The translations under genes were made by a program, and so were the position numbers. Under the pieces are notes generated by a model that was given only the letters and a program-made list of their open reading frames with translations, did not search any database and was not told the origin of the DNA. This document shows, piece by piece, positions 1 through 13,270 of a DNA stretch of 64,000 nucleotides. Origin of the DNA: Macrostomum hystrix (lineage: Eukaryota; Animalia; Platyhelminthes); the NCBI GenBank assembly GCA_950097015.1, contig CATNEN010000024.1, positions 434,001 through 498,000 of the forward strand, written 5' to 3'. How positions within the stretch are numbered: position 1 is the stretch's first letter; each line of letters begins with the position of its first letter.

Positions 1-233
1 AGGGAAACTGCGGCGATGCGCTCAACCAGCAGGCTGTGAAGGGGTCGGATTGCGGGCTTTTGGAAATTTACTCATTCTGTTTTGCAATTATGATTTGTCC
101 TAAAACACATAAGCACAGCCCAGATAGTTACTCATCTCAGGAATCTTCAAATGCAATGGGATTGGAATCCCATGGGATCCTCCAATCCTATGTGATTTTC
201 CAATCCTACGAGCGTATGTAATTTCCAAATCAT

Positions 234-400
234 ATGGGATTCCCCAATCCCATCGAACTCCCCTATCATATGGGATTCCCCAATCCCATCGAATTCCCCA
301 ATCCTACGGGATTCCCAAATTTAGGGGATTTCCCAACGCCATGGGATTCCCCAACGATATGGGCTTCCCCAATGCTATGGGATTCCCAACGGGCTTCGAA
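234..400. repeat. Short degenerate tandem repeat (ATGGGATTCCCCAA-like)
   Basis: Repeated GGGATTCCC(C)AA units visible in the sequence. Confidence 0.6.
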
Positions 401-516
401 TCTTAGCAAAACGGGAAGTCGTTTTTTTTCATTGAGTATGAGGTGCTGAATCCTCATAGTAGAATTTTGGGCGTAGAAAATCGAATAGCTGTACGCAGCC
501 TTCGGATAAATCCAAT

Positions 517-3500
517 CTAGAAATTTCCCATCCCGATGCTGAGAGCCTCACAGCTGGTCTGGTTGACAACGCAGACTCGGGCCTGGACCCTGGCTGAGCA
601 GCTCAACAGCCGGTAGCGATCCCGGCCGGCTCCGACCCACGCCATCGGGCAGGTGTCGACGCTGAACACGGAGGCAGCCGGACTGGACGACATCAGGAGG
701 CTGGACAGTTCAGCCAGCTCAGATCCGGCCGGGGCGAACTGCCCGCCGTCCGGCCAGAGCCACAGCTGGCCGAGAGCCTCATAAACGGCCAGGGGCACGG
801 CGCTGACTCGCTGGGTGTTCGAGATACTCAGCAGCAGCCGGCGCAGTGGATCTTCGTCCGTCCAGTCGAAGCCGACAACGGAGTCAGAGCCGCCGCCGCC
901 GCCGGTTGCGTCGAGGTCTAGCGACGGGGCGGCAAGTTGGCCGCCATGCGAACGACAGATTCCGATTGTCGTTAGCGGAGTTGGCGAGGCTGCATTCACG
1001 ATTATGTAGCTGCGGTTGGCAACACCTGCCATGTGGAGGAGGGTGGAGTGAAAGAAGTAGAGGGCGGAGGGGGAGACGGGGAGAGAGAGGGAGAGTAAGG
1101 AGAGATAGGAACGAGAGAGTGGGAGAGAGAAGAGAGAGAAGAGAGAGGGGAGAGAGGGAGAAAATAATGAGAGAGAGGAGAAAGAGGGCGAGAGAGAGGG
1201 AGAGAGGGGAGAGAGGAGAGAGGGAGAAAATGGGGAGACGGGGGAGAGGAGAGAGGCGGAGAGAGAGTAGTGGGGGACTGTGTTGGCGACAGAGCAGTGT
1301 GGAGTGAGCACTGGGTAGACAGTAGGGGGAGAGTGAGTAGGGGTGAGAGAGTAGTGGGGAGTGAGCAGTCGGGAGAGAGTAGTGGGGAGTGAGCAGTGGG
1401 GAGAGAGTAGTAGAGAGAGAGTAGTGGGTAAAAAGTGTGAGAAAGGGGAATTAGTGGGAGGCTCGCATTGGAATCGCGCAATAAGAGCAGGGGTGGCCCA
1501 GAATTACCAACAAGGCAGACAACGGGCTGCTCTTTCAATAGCGGCAGATCGCAGGCGGCGTACTGCAGTTTGGCATTGTTGCTGGGATCCGCCACCACGC
1601 AGTGAAATGTGTCCATGGCGTCGGACAGAGGCGGCAAAGCAATTGGTCCGCTGTAGGGGTGCCGCAGGCGGAGATTCGGCCTGGCTGTCGGGGGCGACTT
1701 CTTGAGGCCGAGCAGAGCGTGAGCGCTACGGATTCGCGTTGGGACAGCCAGGTGAGCGAGATAAAATATCTACCAACTTGTTTATGAACCCCTGAAAGCC
1801 GTATCAGAACTGAAGTCGATATCTGATTGTGTGCATTGGTCGAATTATTATCAAAATCTCGATCGAGTTCAGAATCGAATCAAACGAGAATCGAAGCAAA
1901 CCAGAATCGAAGCAAACCAGAATCGAAGCAAACCAGAATCGAAGCAAACCAGAATCGAAGCAAACCAGAATCGAAGCAAACCAGAATCGAAGCAAAATAG
2001 AATCAAATAGAGCCAGAATCGAAGCAAAATAGAATCAAATAGAGCCAGAATCGAAGCAAAATAGAATCAAATAGAGCCAGAATCGAAGCAAACCAGAATC
2101 GAAGCAAACCAGAATCGAAGCAAACCAGAATCGAAGCAAAATAGAATCAAATAGAGCCAGAATCGAAGCAAAATAGAATCAAATAGAGCCAGAATCGAAG
2201 CAAACCAGAATCGAAGCAAACCAGAATCGAAGCAAACCAGAATCGAAGCAAACTAGAATCGAAGCAAACCAGAATCGAAGCAAAATAGAATCAAATAGAG
2301 CCAGAATCGAAGCAAACCAGAACCAAATAGAGCCAGAATCGAAGCAAACTAGAATCGAAGCAAACCAGAATCGAAGCAAACCAGAATCGAAGCAAACTAG
2401 AATCGAAGCAAACCAGAATCGAAGCAAACCAGAATATAAGCAAACAAGAATCGAATCAAGCCAGAATCGAATCAAGCCAGAATCTTAGGAAACAAGAATC
2501 GAAGAAAACAAGAATCGAGTCAAGCCAGAATCGAAGCAAGCCAGAATCGAATCAGAATCAGAACCATAATACTCACTGCCTGGGGGCGATACCGACAGTC
2601 AGGTTAAAAAGGTGCTCAGCTGCGCTTCTCAACAACCCGGCCGATCGGAAGCCCTGCTGACAGCCAGCTTCTGCTGTTGACTGCGTGTAGTTCACCCCGC
2701 CATTGCTGTCGCTGCCGCTGTGAAAGTAGAATGACAAGCAGCCACCCGCATAGCAACGAGTGTGATTCACCGGTGAGCAGGGTACAGGTAGCACAGGTGT
2801 CCAGGCGCCGGCGGAGCCGCAGGTGACAGTGAGGCTGGCCACGCCGCCGCTGGCCAGATTCATGAGGAAGCCGTCCGGGCAGGTCAGGATAACCGTGCTG
2901 CCGGCCTCATAAAATCTGTTGTTGGCCTCGGCACCTTGGTATCCTGAGCCTGGGCTGCTCAACTCGCAGGCTTAGGAATCGGGGGGTGGGGCAGGATCGG
3001 TGTGCAATGCTGATCCCAATCTCAAATGAAATTAACTTTCCTAGAAATTCCTGTTTAAAAAAATATATTATTAAGAAAATCTCATATAAATCTTTCAATT
3101 TTTTAAATCGTATATTTATAAAATCTTTTGTTTTGAAAATCTCGATCGATTTCTATAAAGGCGCATATAAAACTAGTCGGTTTTCAACATCCCATTAAAC
3201 ATATCTCATTTAAAAATGAAAATCAACCATTACACAAAAATTAGCATCTTAAAAGTCACACATTTTAAGACTCTCCGCGTTTTTATTACAATATGAACAA
3301 AATCGATAAATAGTTTATAAATAAATTTCTTCAAACTTTCTTTAAAGTGCACTATTTTTAAGGAAATAAGGTTTATATTTTAAGATATTTAGAAATGATT
3401 TTGATTGCCTAAAAACAGTAAAAATGTAATTAAAACCTGACTACAAAGGATTGAATGTTAATTAAATAATTATATTTAAAATCTTTTTTTATAAAAAACA

Positions 3501-6500
3501 CTGTAATTATAAATCCCCTTTCACTTTGCTTCCCATTCTAAGAAATGTCACTAAAAAGTCTCTATTAAGTTTAATGTTATTTAAAGTTTTATCTACTATA
3601 TTAAAGGTAATCAACAGCAGTAATTTACCGATGAGTTAAATTAATGAGTCGCTTTTGAAGAAATGCTAAAACAAATTTTATTACTCACAGGCAGTCTGAT
3701 TGACTATGCAAATTTCTGAGTCAACCAGGGCAGAGCACGAGTTCACAGAAAACGACCGGCCAGATGGAGTCCTGCGCATCAGGGCGCACAGCTGGCTGCT
3801 GCTGCTGCTGCTGCTGCTGCTCGATGCCAGAATAGCCCGAATCAGTGGCATACTCTCCATAAGTCGCGTTGTCGAGCTTTCGCCTATAGACAGATCTTCG
3901 TAGATTCCAGCTAGAAAGTCAACGCCGACTAGTCCTGGCGAGGAGGTTAGAGCGGCGAGCAGCGGCGACGGCGCCGAAGTGCCGACCGAGTCAGCAACGG
4001 GCGCGTCGAACAGGGGCAGGGTCGGGTACGCCAGCTCGGAGGAGTTCCTCGACGCGCAGATCTCCTGGGCTGTGAAGTGGTTCGCCCTGGACTGCGGCTG
4101 CGGCTCTGCCAATTCTCCGGTTTGGGCTGCGGAATCCATTGTGGTTGTTCTGAGATTAGTTTGGGTCAGTCTGGGTCATTTCAGATTAGTTTGGGTCAGT
4201 CTGGGTCATTTGAGATTAGTTTGGGTCAGTCTGGGTCGTTGAGATTAGTTTGGGTCAGTCTGGGTCATTTGAGATTAGTTTGGGTCAGTCTGGGTCATTT
4301 GAGATTAGTCTGAGTCAGTCTGGGTCGTTGAGATTAGTTTGGGTCAGTCTGGGTCATTTCAGATTAGTTTGGGTCAGTCTGGGTCGTTTGAGATTTGTTT
4401 GAGTCAATCTGGGTCATTCGATATTACCTCGTTGTTTGAGTCATTCTGGGTCGATTTTGGGATTCCTTTAGGTCATTTGGGATTCGTTTAGGTCATTTGG
4501 GATTCGGTTAGGTCATTTGGGATTCGTTTATGTCATTTGGGATTCGTTTAGGTCATTTGGGATTCGGTTAGGTCATTTAGGATTCGGTTAGGTCATTTGG
4601 GATTCGTTTAGGTCATTTGGGATTCGTTTAGGTCATTTGGGATTCGTTTAGGTCATTTGGGATTCGTTTAGGTCATTTAGGATTCCCCACTCACGGTTGT
4701 AGCAGAGAAACCTGGCCCAGAGTTCCTGCCGGCTTTCGTTGCAGGCGGCAAGGCTCCACAGCAGCGAGGCGGCGTCAGGGCCGCTTGCTCGCACTTTGAC
4801 ACACCTGGCGTTCGGGTTTGTGGTCAGCTCATCGCCGGAGTTTGCCCATGGACCCGGGCTGGTAACGCGGCCGCCCCACACCGGATGACGGGTGCGGAAG
4901 CTGCGAGTGCCCGGGGTCCAGGAGACGCCGACGTAGTAGGTTCTGGAAAGTAACGGAATTTACTGTTGCGTTAGTTTGTTAACGACTAAAAAATCGTGAA
5001 AGGACCGAAAAGTTGAAAAGTTGCGAAGTTACATGTGCCCCCGTAATCTTAGATATAGAAAAGTAACGGAAGATACCCCTTCTCATTAAGATACCGTCCG
5101 TTAAGTTGCATAAAAGTAGCGAAATGTTGCTTTAATTATTTTTAATGTAGAAAAGTAACTGAAGTTACATATGCTGTATCACTCTAACACTAGCTAAGTA
5201 GTATTAACAAGGAATGTTAAATACAAACCAGACAGATCTCGTAATTACGCGGCTTAAACATTATTTTTATTACCCCCACGTTTGGATTTGAACAGTTATA
5301 AAAAACGTTTAGCGACTTTAAAACAGCCTTTATAATTCAGCGCTGCCTAATTGGATAGTTTTAGTAGAGGCTAAATTTTAATTAAGCTGGATAATTGGTG
5401 CATGCTTTAAACATCAAGCATGGACTGTGTGCGTCAATCGATTGCAGTTTTCAAGTATTTAAAATACAACTTGTATATATATTTCTCATATCCGGGATAA
5501 GCCCTACGTCTACTAGAAAAAGCTACAAATTAAACTGCAAGCCCATGTGCGCACATCTGCCCTGACTTTCTCATCGTCGAGTACAACTTGAAAACTTCCA
5601 GATTTCTATCCCAGATTTATATTCCAGATTTCTATTCCAGATTTCTATTCCAGATTTCTATCTCAGATTTCTATTCCAGATTTCTATCCCAGATTTCTAT
5701 TCCAGATTTCTAGTCCAGATTTCTATTCCAGAATTCTATTCCAGATTTCTATCCCAGATTTCTATTCCAGATTTCTATCCCAGATTTCTATTCCAGATTT
5801 CTAGTCCAGATTTCTATCCCAGATTTATATCCCAGATTTCTATCCCAGATTTCTATCCCAGATTTCTATCCCAGATTTCTATTCCAGATGTCTATCCCAG
5901 ATTTCTATCCCAGATTTCTATCCCAGATTTCTATTCCAGATGTCTATTCCAGATGTCTATCCCAGATTTCTATCCCAGATTTCTATCCCAGATGTCTATC
6001 CCAGATATCTATCCCAGATGTCTATCCCAGATTTCTATCCCAGATTTCTATCCCAGATGTCTATCCCAGATTTCTATTCCAGATGTCTATTCCAGATTTC
6101 TATCCCAGATGTCTATCCCAGATTTCTATTCCAGATTTCTATCCCAGATGTCTATCCCAGATTTCTATCCCAGATGTCTATCCCAGATGTCTATTCCAGA
6201 TTTGTATCCCAGATTTCTATTCCAGATTTCTATCCCAGATTTCTATTCCAGATTTCTATCCCAGATTTGTATCCCAGATATCTATCCTAGATTTCTATCC
6301 CAGATTTCTATCCCAGATTTCTATTCCAGATTTCTATCCCAGATTTCTATTCCAGATTTCTATTCCAGATTTCTATCCCAGATGTCTATCCCAGATGTCT
6401 ATCCCAGATTTCTATCCCAGATTTCTATTCCAGATTTCTATTCCAGATTTCTATTCCAGATTTCTATCCCAGATGTCTATCCCAGATTTCTATCCCAGAT

Positions 6501-9500
6501 GTCTATCCCAGATGTCTATTCCAGATTTCTATCCCAGATGTCTATTCCAGATTTCTATCCCAGATGTCTATCCCAGATGTCTATTCCAGATTTCTATCCC
6601 AGATTTCTATCCCAGATTTCTATCCCAGATGTCTATCCCAGATGTCTATTCCAGATTTCTATCCCAGATGTCTATTCCAGATTTCTATCTCAGATGTCTA
6701 TCCCAGATTTCTATCCCAGATGTCTATCCCAGATTTCTATCCCAGATGTCTATCCCAGATTTCTATCCCAGATGTCTATCCCAGATGTCTATTCCAGATT
6801 TCTATCCCAGATGTCTATCCCAGATTTCTATTCCAGATGTCTATTCCTGATTTCTATCCCAGATGTCTATCCCAGATTTCTATCCCAGATGTCTATCCCA
6901 GATGTCTATTCCAGATTTCTATCCCAGATGTCTATCCCAGATGTCTATTCCAGATTTCTATCCCAGATGTCTATCCCAGATTTCTATCCCAGATGTCTAT
7001 CCCAGATTTCTATCCCAGATGTCTATCCCAGATTTCTATCCCAGATGTCTATCCCAGATGTCTATTCCAGATTTCTATCCCAGATGTCTATCCCAGATTT
7101 CTATTCCAGATGTCTATCCCAGATTTCTATCCCAGATGTCTATCCCAGATTTCTATCCCAGATGTCTATCCCAGATGTCTATTCCAGATTTCTATCCCAG
7201 ATGTCTATCCCAGATGTCTATTCCAGATTTCTATCCCAGATGTCTATCCCAGATTTCTATCCCAGATGTCTATCCCAGATTTCTATCCCAGATGTCTATC
7301 CCAGATTTCTATCCCAGATGTCTATCCCAGATGTCTATCCCAGATTTCTATTCCAGATGTCTATTCCAGATTTCTATCCCAGATGTCTATCCCAGATTTC
7401 TATCCCAGATGTCTATCCCAGATGTCTATTCCAGATTTCTATCCCAGATGTCTATCCCAGATTTCTATTCCAGATGTCTATTCCAGATTTCTATCCCAGA
7501 TGTCTATCCCAGATTTCTATTCCAGATGTCTATTCCAGATTTCTATCCCAGATGTCTGGGAATTTCTATCCCAGATTTCTAATCCAGATTTCTATTCCAG
7601 ATTTCTATTCCTGATTTCTATCCCAGATTTCTATTCCAGATTTCTATCCCAGATTTCTATCCCAGATTTCTAATCCAGATTTCTATTCCAGATTTCTATT
7701 CCAGATTTCTATCCCAGATTTCTATTCCAGATTTCTATCCCAGATTTCTATCCCAGATTTCTATCCCAGATTTCTATCCCAGATTTCTATCCCAGATTTC
7801 TATTCCAGATTTCTAGTGTGAGCTATATTACAGCAAGTATTTAGTTGAAGGAAATATTTTACTTATATTTTTTATTTTGAATTTTGAATTTATATTTTGA
7901 AAATCGTTGGCAGCGGCGGAATCGCATTGAATTCATTGCTATTTAGAAGACAAAGAAATCTGCTTTCCGTTGTAGGATCACCGCTTCCTCAGTTTTGCGC
8001 ACAACAAAGCCAGAAAAAAGCAAAAAATGCTACAATAACAATAGCCAGACAATGAAAGCAAACCATTTTGAGGATGATAATAGAATGCGAGGACCTGCCT
8101 TCAGATATCAAGAGGCCAGCTCACCATTGTCTGCAGGATGAGTGCCTACCGAGATTTCCCCACTCGCAAAAAGGTCTCTCCATTTCTATATTAGCAAAAG
8201 ACAAAGACATTGTCACGCTCTGTTCAAGAAAGGATGAAAGAAAAGGAGTAGGTAGGAATGAAGGAATGAAGGAAGGAAGGAATGAAGGAAGGAATGAAGG
8301 ATGGAAGGAAGGAGGGAAGGAAGGAAGGATGGAAGGAAGGAGGGAAGGAAGGAAGGATGGAAGGAAGGAGGGAAGGAAGGAGGGAAGGAAGGAAGGATGG
8401 AAGGAAGGAGGGAAGGAAGGAGGGAAGGAATGAAGGAAGGATGGATGGAAGGAAGGAAGGAAGGATGGAAGGATGGAGGGAAGGAAGGATGGAAGGAAGG
8501 AAGGATGGAAGGAAGGATGGAAGGAAGGAAGGAAGGAGGGAGGGAAGGAAGGAAGGAAGGAAGGAAGGAAGGAAGGAAGGAAGGATGGAGGGAAGGAAGG
8601 AAGGAAGGATGGAATGAAGGAAGGAAGGATGGAATGAAGGAAGGAAGGATGGAGGGAAGGATGGAAGGATGGAATGAAGGAGGGAAGGAAGGAAGCAAGG
8701 ATGGAATGAAGGAAGGAATGAAGGAATGAAGGAATGAAGGAAGGAAGGAAGGAAGGAAGGAAGGATGGAAGGAAGGAGGGAAGGAAGGAAGGAAGGAAGG
8801 ATGGAAGGAAGGAGGGAAGGAAGGAAGGAAGGATGGAAGGAAGGAAGGAAGGAAGGAATGAAGGAATGAAGGAAGGAAGGAAGGAAGGAAGGAAGGATGG
8901 AAGGAAGGAGGGAAGGAAGGAAGGAAGGATGGAAGGAAGGAAGGAAGGATGGAATGAAGGAGGGAAGGAAGGAAGGAAGGATGGAATGAAGGAAGGAAGG
9001 AAGGAAGGAAGGAAGGAAGGATGGAAGGAAGGAGGGAAGGAAGGAAGGAAGGATGGAAGGAATGAAGGAATGAAGGAATGAAGGAATGAAGGAAGGAAGG
9101 AAGGAAGGAAGGAAGGAAGGATGGAAGGAAGGAGGGAAGGAAGGAGGGAAGGAAGGAAGGAAGGAAGGAAGGAAGGAAGGAAGGATGGAGGGAAGGAAGG
9201 ATGGAAGGAAGGAGGGAAGGAAGGAGGGAAGGAATGAAGGAAGGAAGGAAGGAAGGATGGAAGGAAGGAAGGAAGGATGGAAGGAAGGATGGAAGGAAGG
9301 AAGGAAGGAAGGAAGGAAGGAAGGAAGGAAGGAAGGATGGAAGGAAGGAGGGAAGGAAGGAGGGAGGGAAGGAAGGAAGGAAGGAAGGAAGGATGGAAGG
9401 AAGGAATGAAGGATGGAAGGAAGGAAGGAAGGAAGGAAGGAAGGAAGGAAGGAAGGATGGAAGGAAGGAAGGAAGGAGGGAAGGAAGGAAGGAAGGATGG

Positions 9501-12500
9501 AAGGAAGGAAGGAAGGATGGAATGAAGGAGGGAAGGAAGGAAGGAAGGATGGAATGAAGGAAGGAATGAAGGAATGAAGGAAGGAAGGAAGGAAGGAAGG
9601 AAGGAATGAAGGAATGAAGGAAGGAAGGAAGGAAGGATGGAAGGAAGGAGGGAAGGAAGGAGGGAAGGAAGGAAGGAAGGATGGAAGGAAGGAAGGAAGG
9701 AAGGAAGGAAGGAAGGAAGGATGGAATGAAGGAGGGAAGGAAGGAAGCAAGGATGGAATGAAGGAAGGAATGAAGGAATGAAGGAATGAAGGAAGGAAGG
9801 AAGGAAGGAAGGAAGGATGGAAGGAAGGAGGGAAGGAAGGAAGGAAGGAAGGATGGAAGGAAGGAGGGAAGGAAGGAAGGAAGGATGGAAGGAAGGAAGG
9901 AAGGAAGGAATGAAGGAATGAAGGAAGGAAGGAAGGAAGGAAGGAAGGATGGAAGGAAGGAGGGAAGGAAGGAAGGAAGGATGGAAGGAAGGAAGGAAGG
10001 ATGGAATGAAGGAGGGAAGGAAGGAAGGAAGGATGGAATGAAGGAAGGAAGGAAGGAAGGAAGGAAGGATGGAAGGAAGGAGGGAAGGAAGGAAGGAAGG
10101 ATGGAAGGAATGAAGGAATGAAGGAATGAAGGAATGAAGGAAGGAAGGAAGGAAGGAAGGAAGGATGGAAGGAAGGAGGGAAGGAAGGAAGGAAGGATGG
10201 AAGGAAGGAAGGAAGGAAGGAATGAAGGAATGAAGGAAGGAAGGAAGGAAGGAAGGAAGGATGGAAGGAAGGAGGGAAGGAAGGAAGGAAGGATGGAAGG
10301 AAGGAAGGAAGGATGGAATGAAGGAGGGAAGGAAGGAAGGAAGGATGGAATGAAGGAAGGAAGGAAGGAAGGAAGGAAGGATGGAATGAAGGAAGGAATG
10401 AAGGAATGAAGGAATGAAGGAAGGAAGGAATGAAGGAATGAAGGAATGAAGGAATGAAGGAAGGAAGGAAGGAAGGAGGGAAGGAAGGAAGGAAGGATGG
10501 AAGGAAGGAAGGAAGGAAGGAATGAAGGAATGAAGGAAGGAAGGAAGGAAGGAAGGAAGGATGGAAGGAAGGAGGGAAGGAAGGAAGGAAGGATGGAAGG
10601 AAGGAAGGAAGGATGGAATGAAGGAGGGAAGGAAGGAAGGAAGGATGGAATGAAGGAAGGAAGGAAGGAAGGAAGGAAGGATGGAAGGAAGGAGGGAAGG
10701 AAGGAAGGAAGGATGGAAGGAATGAATGAAGGAAGGAAGGAAGGATGGAGGGAAGGAAGGAAAGAAGGAAGGAAGGAAGGAAGGAAGGAAGGAAGGAAGG
10801 AAGGAGGGAGGGAAGGAAGGAAGGAAGGAAAGAAGGAAGGATGGAATGAATGAATGAAGGAAGGAAGGAAGGAAGGAAGGATGGAATGAAGGAAGGAAGG
10901 ATAGAGGGAAGGAAGGAAGGAAGGAAGGATGGAAGGAAGGAGGGAAGGAAGGAAGGAAGGATGGAAGGAATGAAGGAATGAAGGAATGAAGGAATGAAGG
11001 AAGGAAGGAAGGAAGGAAGGAAGGAAGGATGGAAGGAAGGAGGGAAGGAAGGAGGGAAGGAAGGAAGGAAGGAAGGAAGGAAGGAAGGAAGGATGGAGGG
11101 AAGGAAGGATGGAAGGAAGGAGGGAAGGAAGGAGGGAAGGAATGAAGGAAGGAAGGAAGGAAGGATGGAAGGAAGGAAGGAAGGATGGAAGGAAGGATGG
11201 AAGGAAGGAAGGAAGGAAGGAAGGAAGGAAGGAAGGAAGGAAGGATGGAAGGAAGGAGGGAAGGAAGGAGGGAGGGAAGGAAGGAAGGAAGGAAGGAAGG
11301 ATGGAAGGAAGGAATGAAGGATGGAAGGAAGGAAGGAAGGAAGGAAGGAAGGAAGGAAGGAAGGATGGAAGGAAGGAAGGAAGGAGGGAAGGAAGGAAGG
11401 AAGGATGGAAGGAAGGAAGGAAGGATGGAATGAAGGAGGGAAGGAAGGAAGGAAGGATGGAATGAAGGAAGGAATGAAGGAATGAAGGAAGGAAGGAAGG
11501 AAGGAAGGAAGGAATGAAGGAATGAAGGAAGGAAGGAAGGAAGGATGGAAGGAAGGAGGGAAGGAAGGAGGGAAGGAAGGAAGGAAGGATGGAAGGAAGG
11601 AAGGAAGGAAGGAAGGAATGAAGGAAGGAATGAAGGAATGAAGGAATGAAGGAAGGAAGGAATGAAGGAATGAAGGAATGAAGGAATGAAGGAAGGAAGG
11701 AAGGAAGGAGGGAAGGAAGGAAGGAAGGATGGAAGGAAGGAAGGAAGGAAGGAATGAAGGAATGAAGGAAGGAAGGAAGGAAGGAAGGAAGGATGGAAGG
11801 AAGGAGGGAAGGAAGGAAGGAAGGATGGAAGGAAGGAAGGAAGGATGGAATGAAGGAGGGAAGGAAGGAAGGAAGGATGGAATGAAGGAAGGAAGGAAGG
11901 AAGGAAGGAAGGATGGAAGGAAGGAGGGAAGGAAGGAAGGAAGGATGGAAGGAATGAATGAAGGAAGGAAGGAAGGATGGAGGGAAGGAAGGAAAGAAGG
12001 AAGGAAGGAAGGAAGGAAGGAAGGAAGGAAGGAAGGAGGGAGGGAAGGAAGGAAGGAAGGAAAGAAGGAAGGATGGAATGAATGAATGAAGGAAGGAAGG
12101 AAGGAAGGAAGGATGGAATGAAGGAAGGAAGGATAGAGGGAAGGAAGGAAGGAAGGATGGAATGAAGGAAGGAAGGATAGAGGGAAGGAAGGAAGGAAGG
12201 ATGGAATGAAGGAAGGAAGGAAGGAAGGATGAACGACACACTTTTTCCGGGCTTACCCGTTAGGCATGTTGTCGGTTTCTAGGAAGTAGTTAAACAGCAG
12301 GCTAGAGTTGAAGGCCCTATTGCAGCCGTGGGTGCTGTATGTGAGGTTAGCGGCAAGCGACTGTCGCATCTGTAAGCAGCCGTGGCGACCTATGCATTGG
12401 ATTGAGGCACTGGCATAGCCGCTGGGCGGAGCCCCATCGCCGCCAACCAGAGTGTAGACGAGGCCATCGACAAGGCCACCAGCGCTCAGGCCACAAAGCG

Positions 12501-12576
12501 TCGACATCAGCAGCAGAATCAGCTGCACCCCTGAGCAGCCTGGAGGTGTCAAAAACTGATTTACTAGTTTTGTCAT
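517..12576 (-). CDS. Multi-exon secreted/surface protein with about 4 divergent C-type lectin-like domains and one sushi/CCP module
   Basis: GT-AG bounded exons at about 12257-12576 (hydrophobic leader [15 protein letters not shown], then YASASIQC), 4695-4942 (YYVGVSW..RCVKV..WSLAACN..RFLCY), 3689-4149, 2577-2970 (sushi [25 protein letters not shown], then a new CTL start), 1508-1769 and 517/552-1025. Phases match at 12257>4942, 3689>2970 and 1508>1025; two junctions are unresolved. The 3' end may continue from a GTGAGG donor at 551. Confidence 0.7.
1045..1430. repeat. GA-rich low-complexity intronic tract
   Basis: Almost purine-only GAGAGGG-type sequence between the exons at 1025 and 1508. 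Confidence 0.85.
1885..2560. repeat. 16-bp minisatellite AGAATCGAAGCAAACC
   Basis: Direct tandem copies, with a 32-bp variant containing AATAGAATCAAATAGAGCC. Confidence 0.95.
4150..4685. repeat. Two adjacent minisatellites: 30-bp GAGATTAGTTTGGGTCAGTCTGGGTCATTT and 20-bp GGATTCGTTTAGGTCATTTG
   Basis: Tandem copies fill nearly the whole intron 4150-4694. Confidence 0.9.
5598..7815. repeat. 13-bp minisatellite CCAGAT(T/G)TCTAT(C/T), about 170 copies
   Basis: Continuous tandem array. Confidence 0.97.
8255..12230. repeat. (GGAA)n-based satellite, about 4 kb, with GGAT/GGGA/TGAA variants
   Basis: Continuous array; it explains the spurious PSFL and EGRK ORFs. Confidence 0.98.
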
Positions 12577-12671
12577 AGACTTATTGAAAATGCATATTTA
12601 GGACGCTTTCTTAGAAATACTTGTGCTAATTCAGACACTCGCTTTCCGACCTAAGCCATATAAGACAAATG

Positions 12672-13270
12672 TCATCTCGGACACACATGCCATCTCGGAC
12701 ACACATGCCATCTCGGACACACATGCCATCTCGGACACATGCCATCTCGGACACACATGTTATCTCGGACACACATGTTATCTCGGACACACATGCCATC
12801 TCGGACACACATGCCATCTCGGACACACATGTTATCTCGGACACACATGCCATCTCGGACACACATGTTATCTCGGACACACATGCCATCTCGGACACAC
12901 ATGTTATCTCGGACACACATGCCATCTCGGACACACATGCCATCTCGGACACACATGTTATCTCGGACACACATGCCATCTCGGACACACATGTTATCTC
13001 GGACACACATGCCATCTCGGACACACATGTTATCTCGGACACACATGTTATCTCGGACACACATGCCATCTCGGACACACATGTTATCTCGGACACACAT
13101 GTTATCTCGGACACACATGTTATCTCGGACACACATGTTATCTCGGACACATGCCATCTCGGACACACATGTTATCTCGGACACACATGTTATCTCGGAC
13201 ACACATGTTATCTCGGACACATGCCATCTCGGACACATGCCATCTCGGACACACATGTTATCTCGGACAC
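12672..13270. repeat. 18-bp minisatellite TCGGACACACATG(CC/TT)ATC
   Basis: Tandem copies, with occasional 16-bp deletion variants. Confidence 0.96.

Noticed and set aside
5888-7673. Long [12 protein letters not shown] ORFs, and similar ORFs at 12.6-13.4, 13.8-15.4, 17.7-19.8, 26-27.5, 37.4-39.4, 57 and 59 kb
   Set aside because: Each is a tandem array open in multiple frames, and most lie inside introns of supported genes.
8125-8185. 61-nt AG/GT-flanked segment as an extra lectin-gene exon
   Set aside because: Entering in the required phase gives a TAG stop, and the flanking exons already join in phase.
8121-12241. ORFs of more than 1300 aa (PSFL repeats) and the many EGRK ORFs
   Set aside because: They are translations of a stop-poor GGAA satellite, open in several frames at once.
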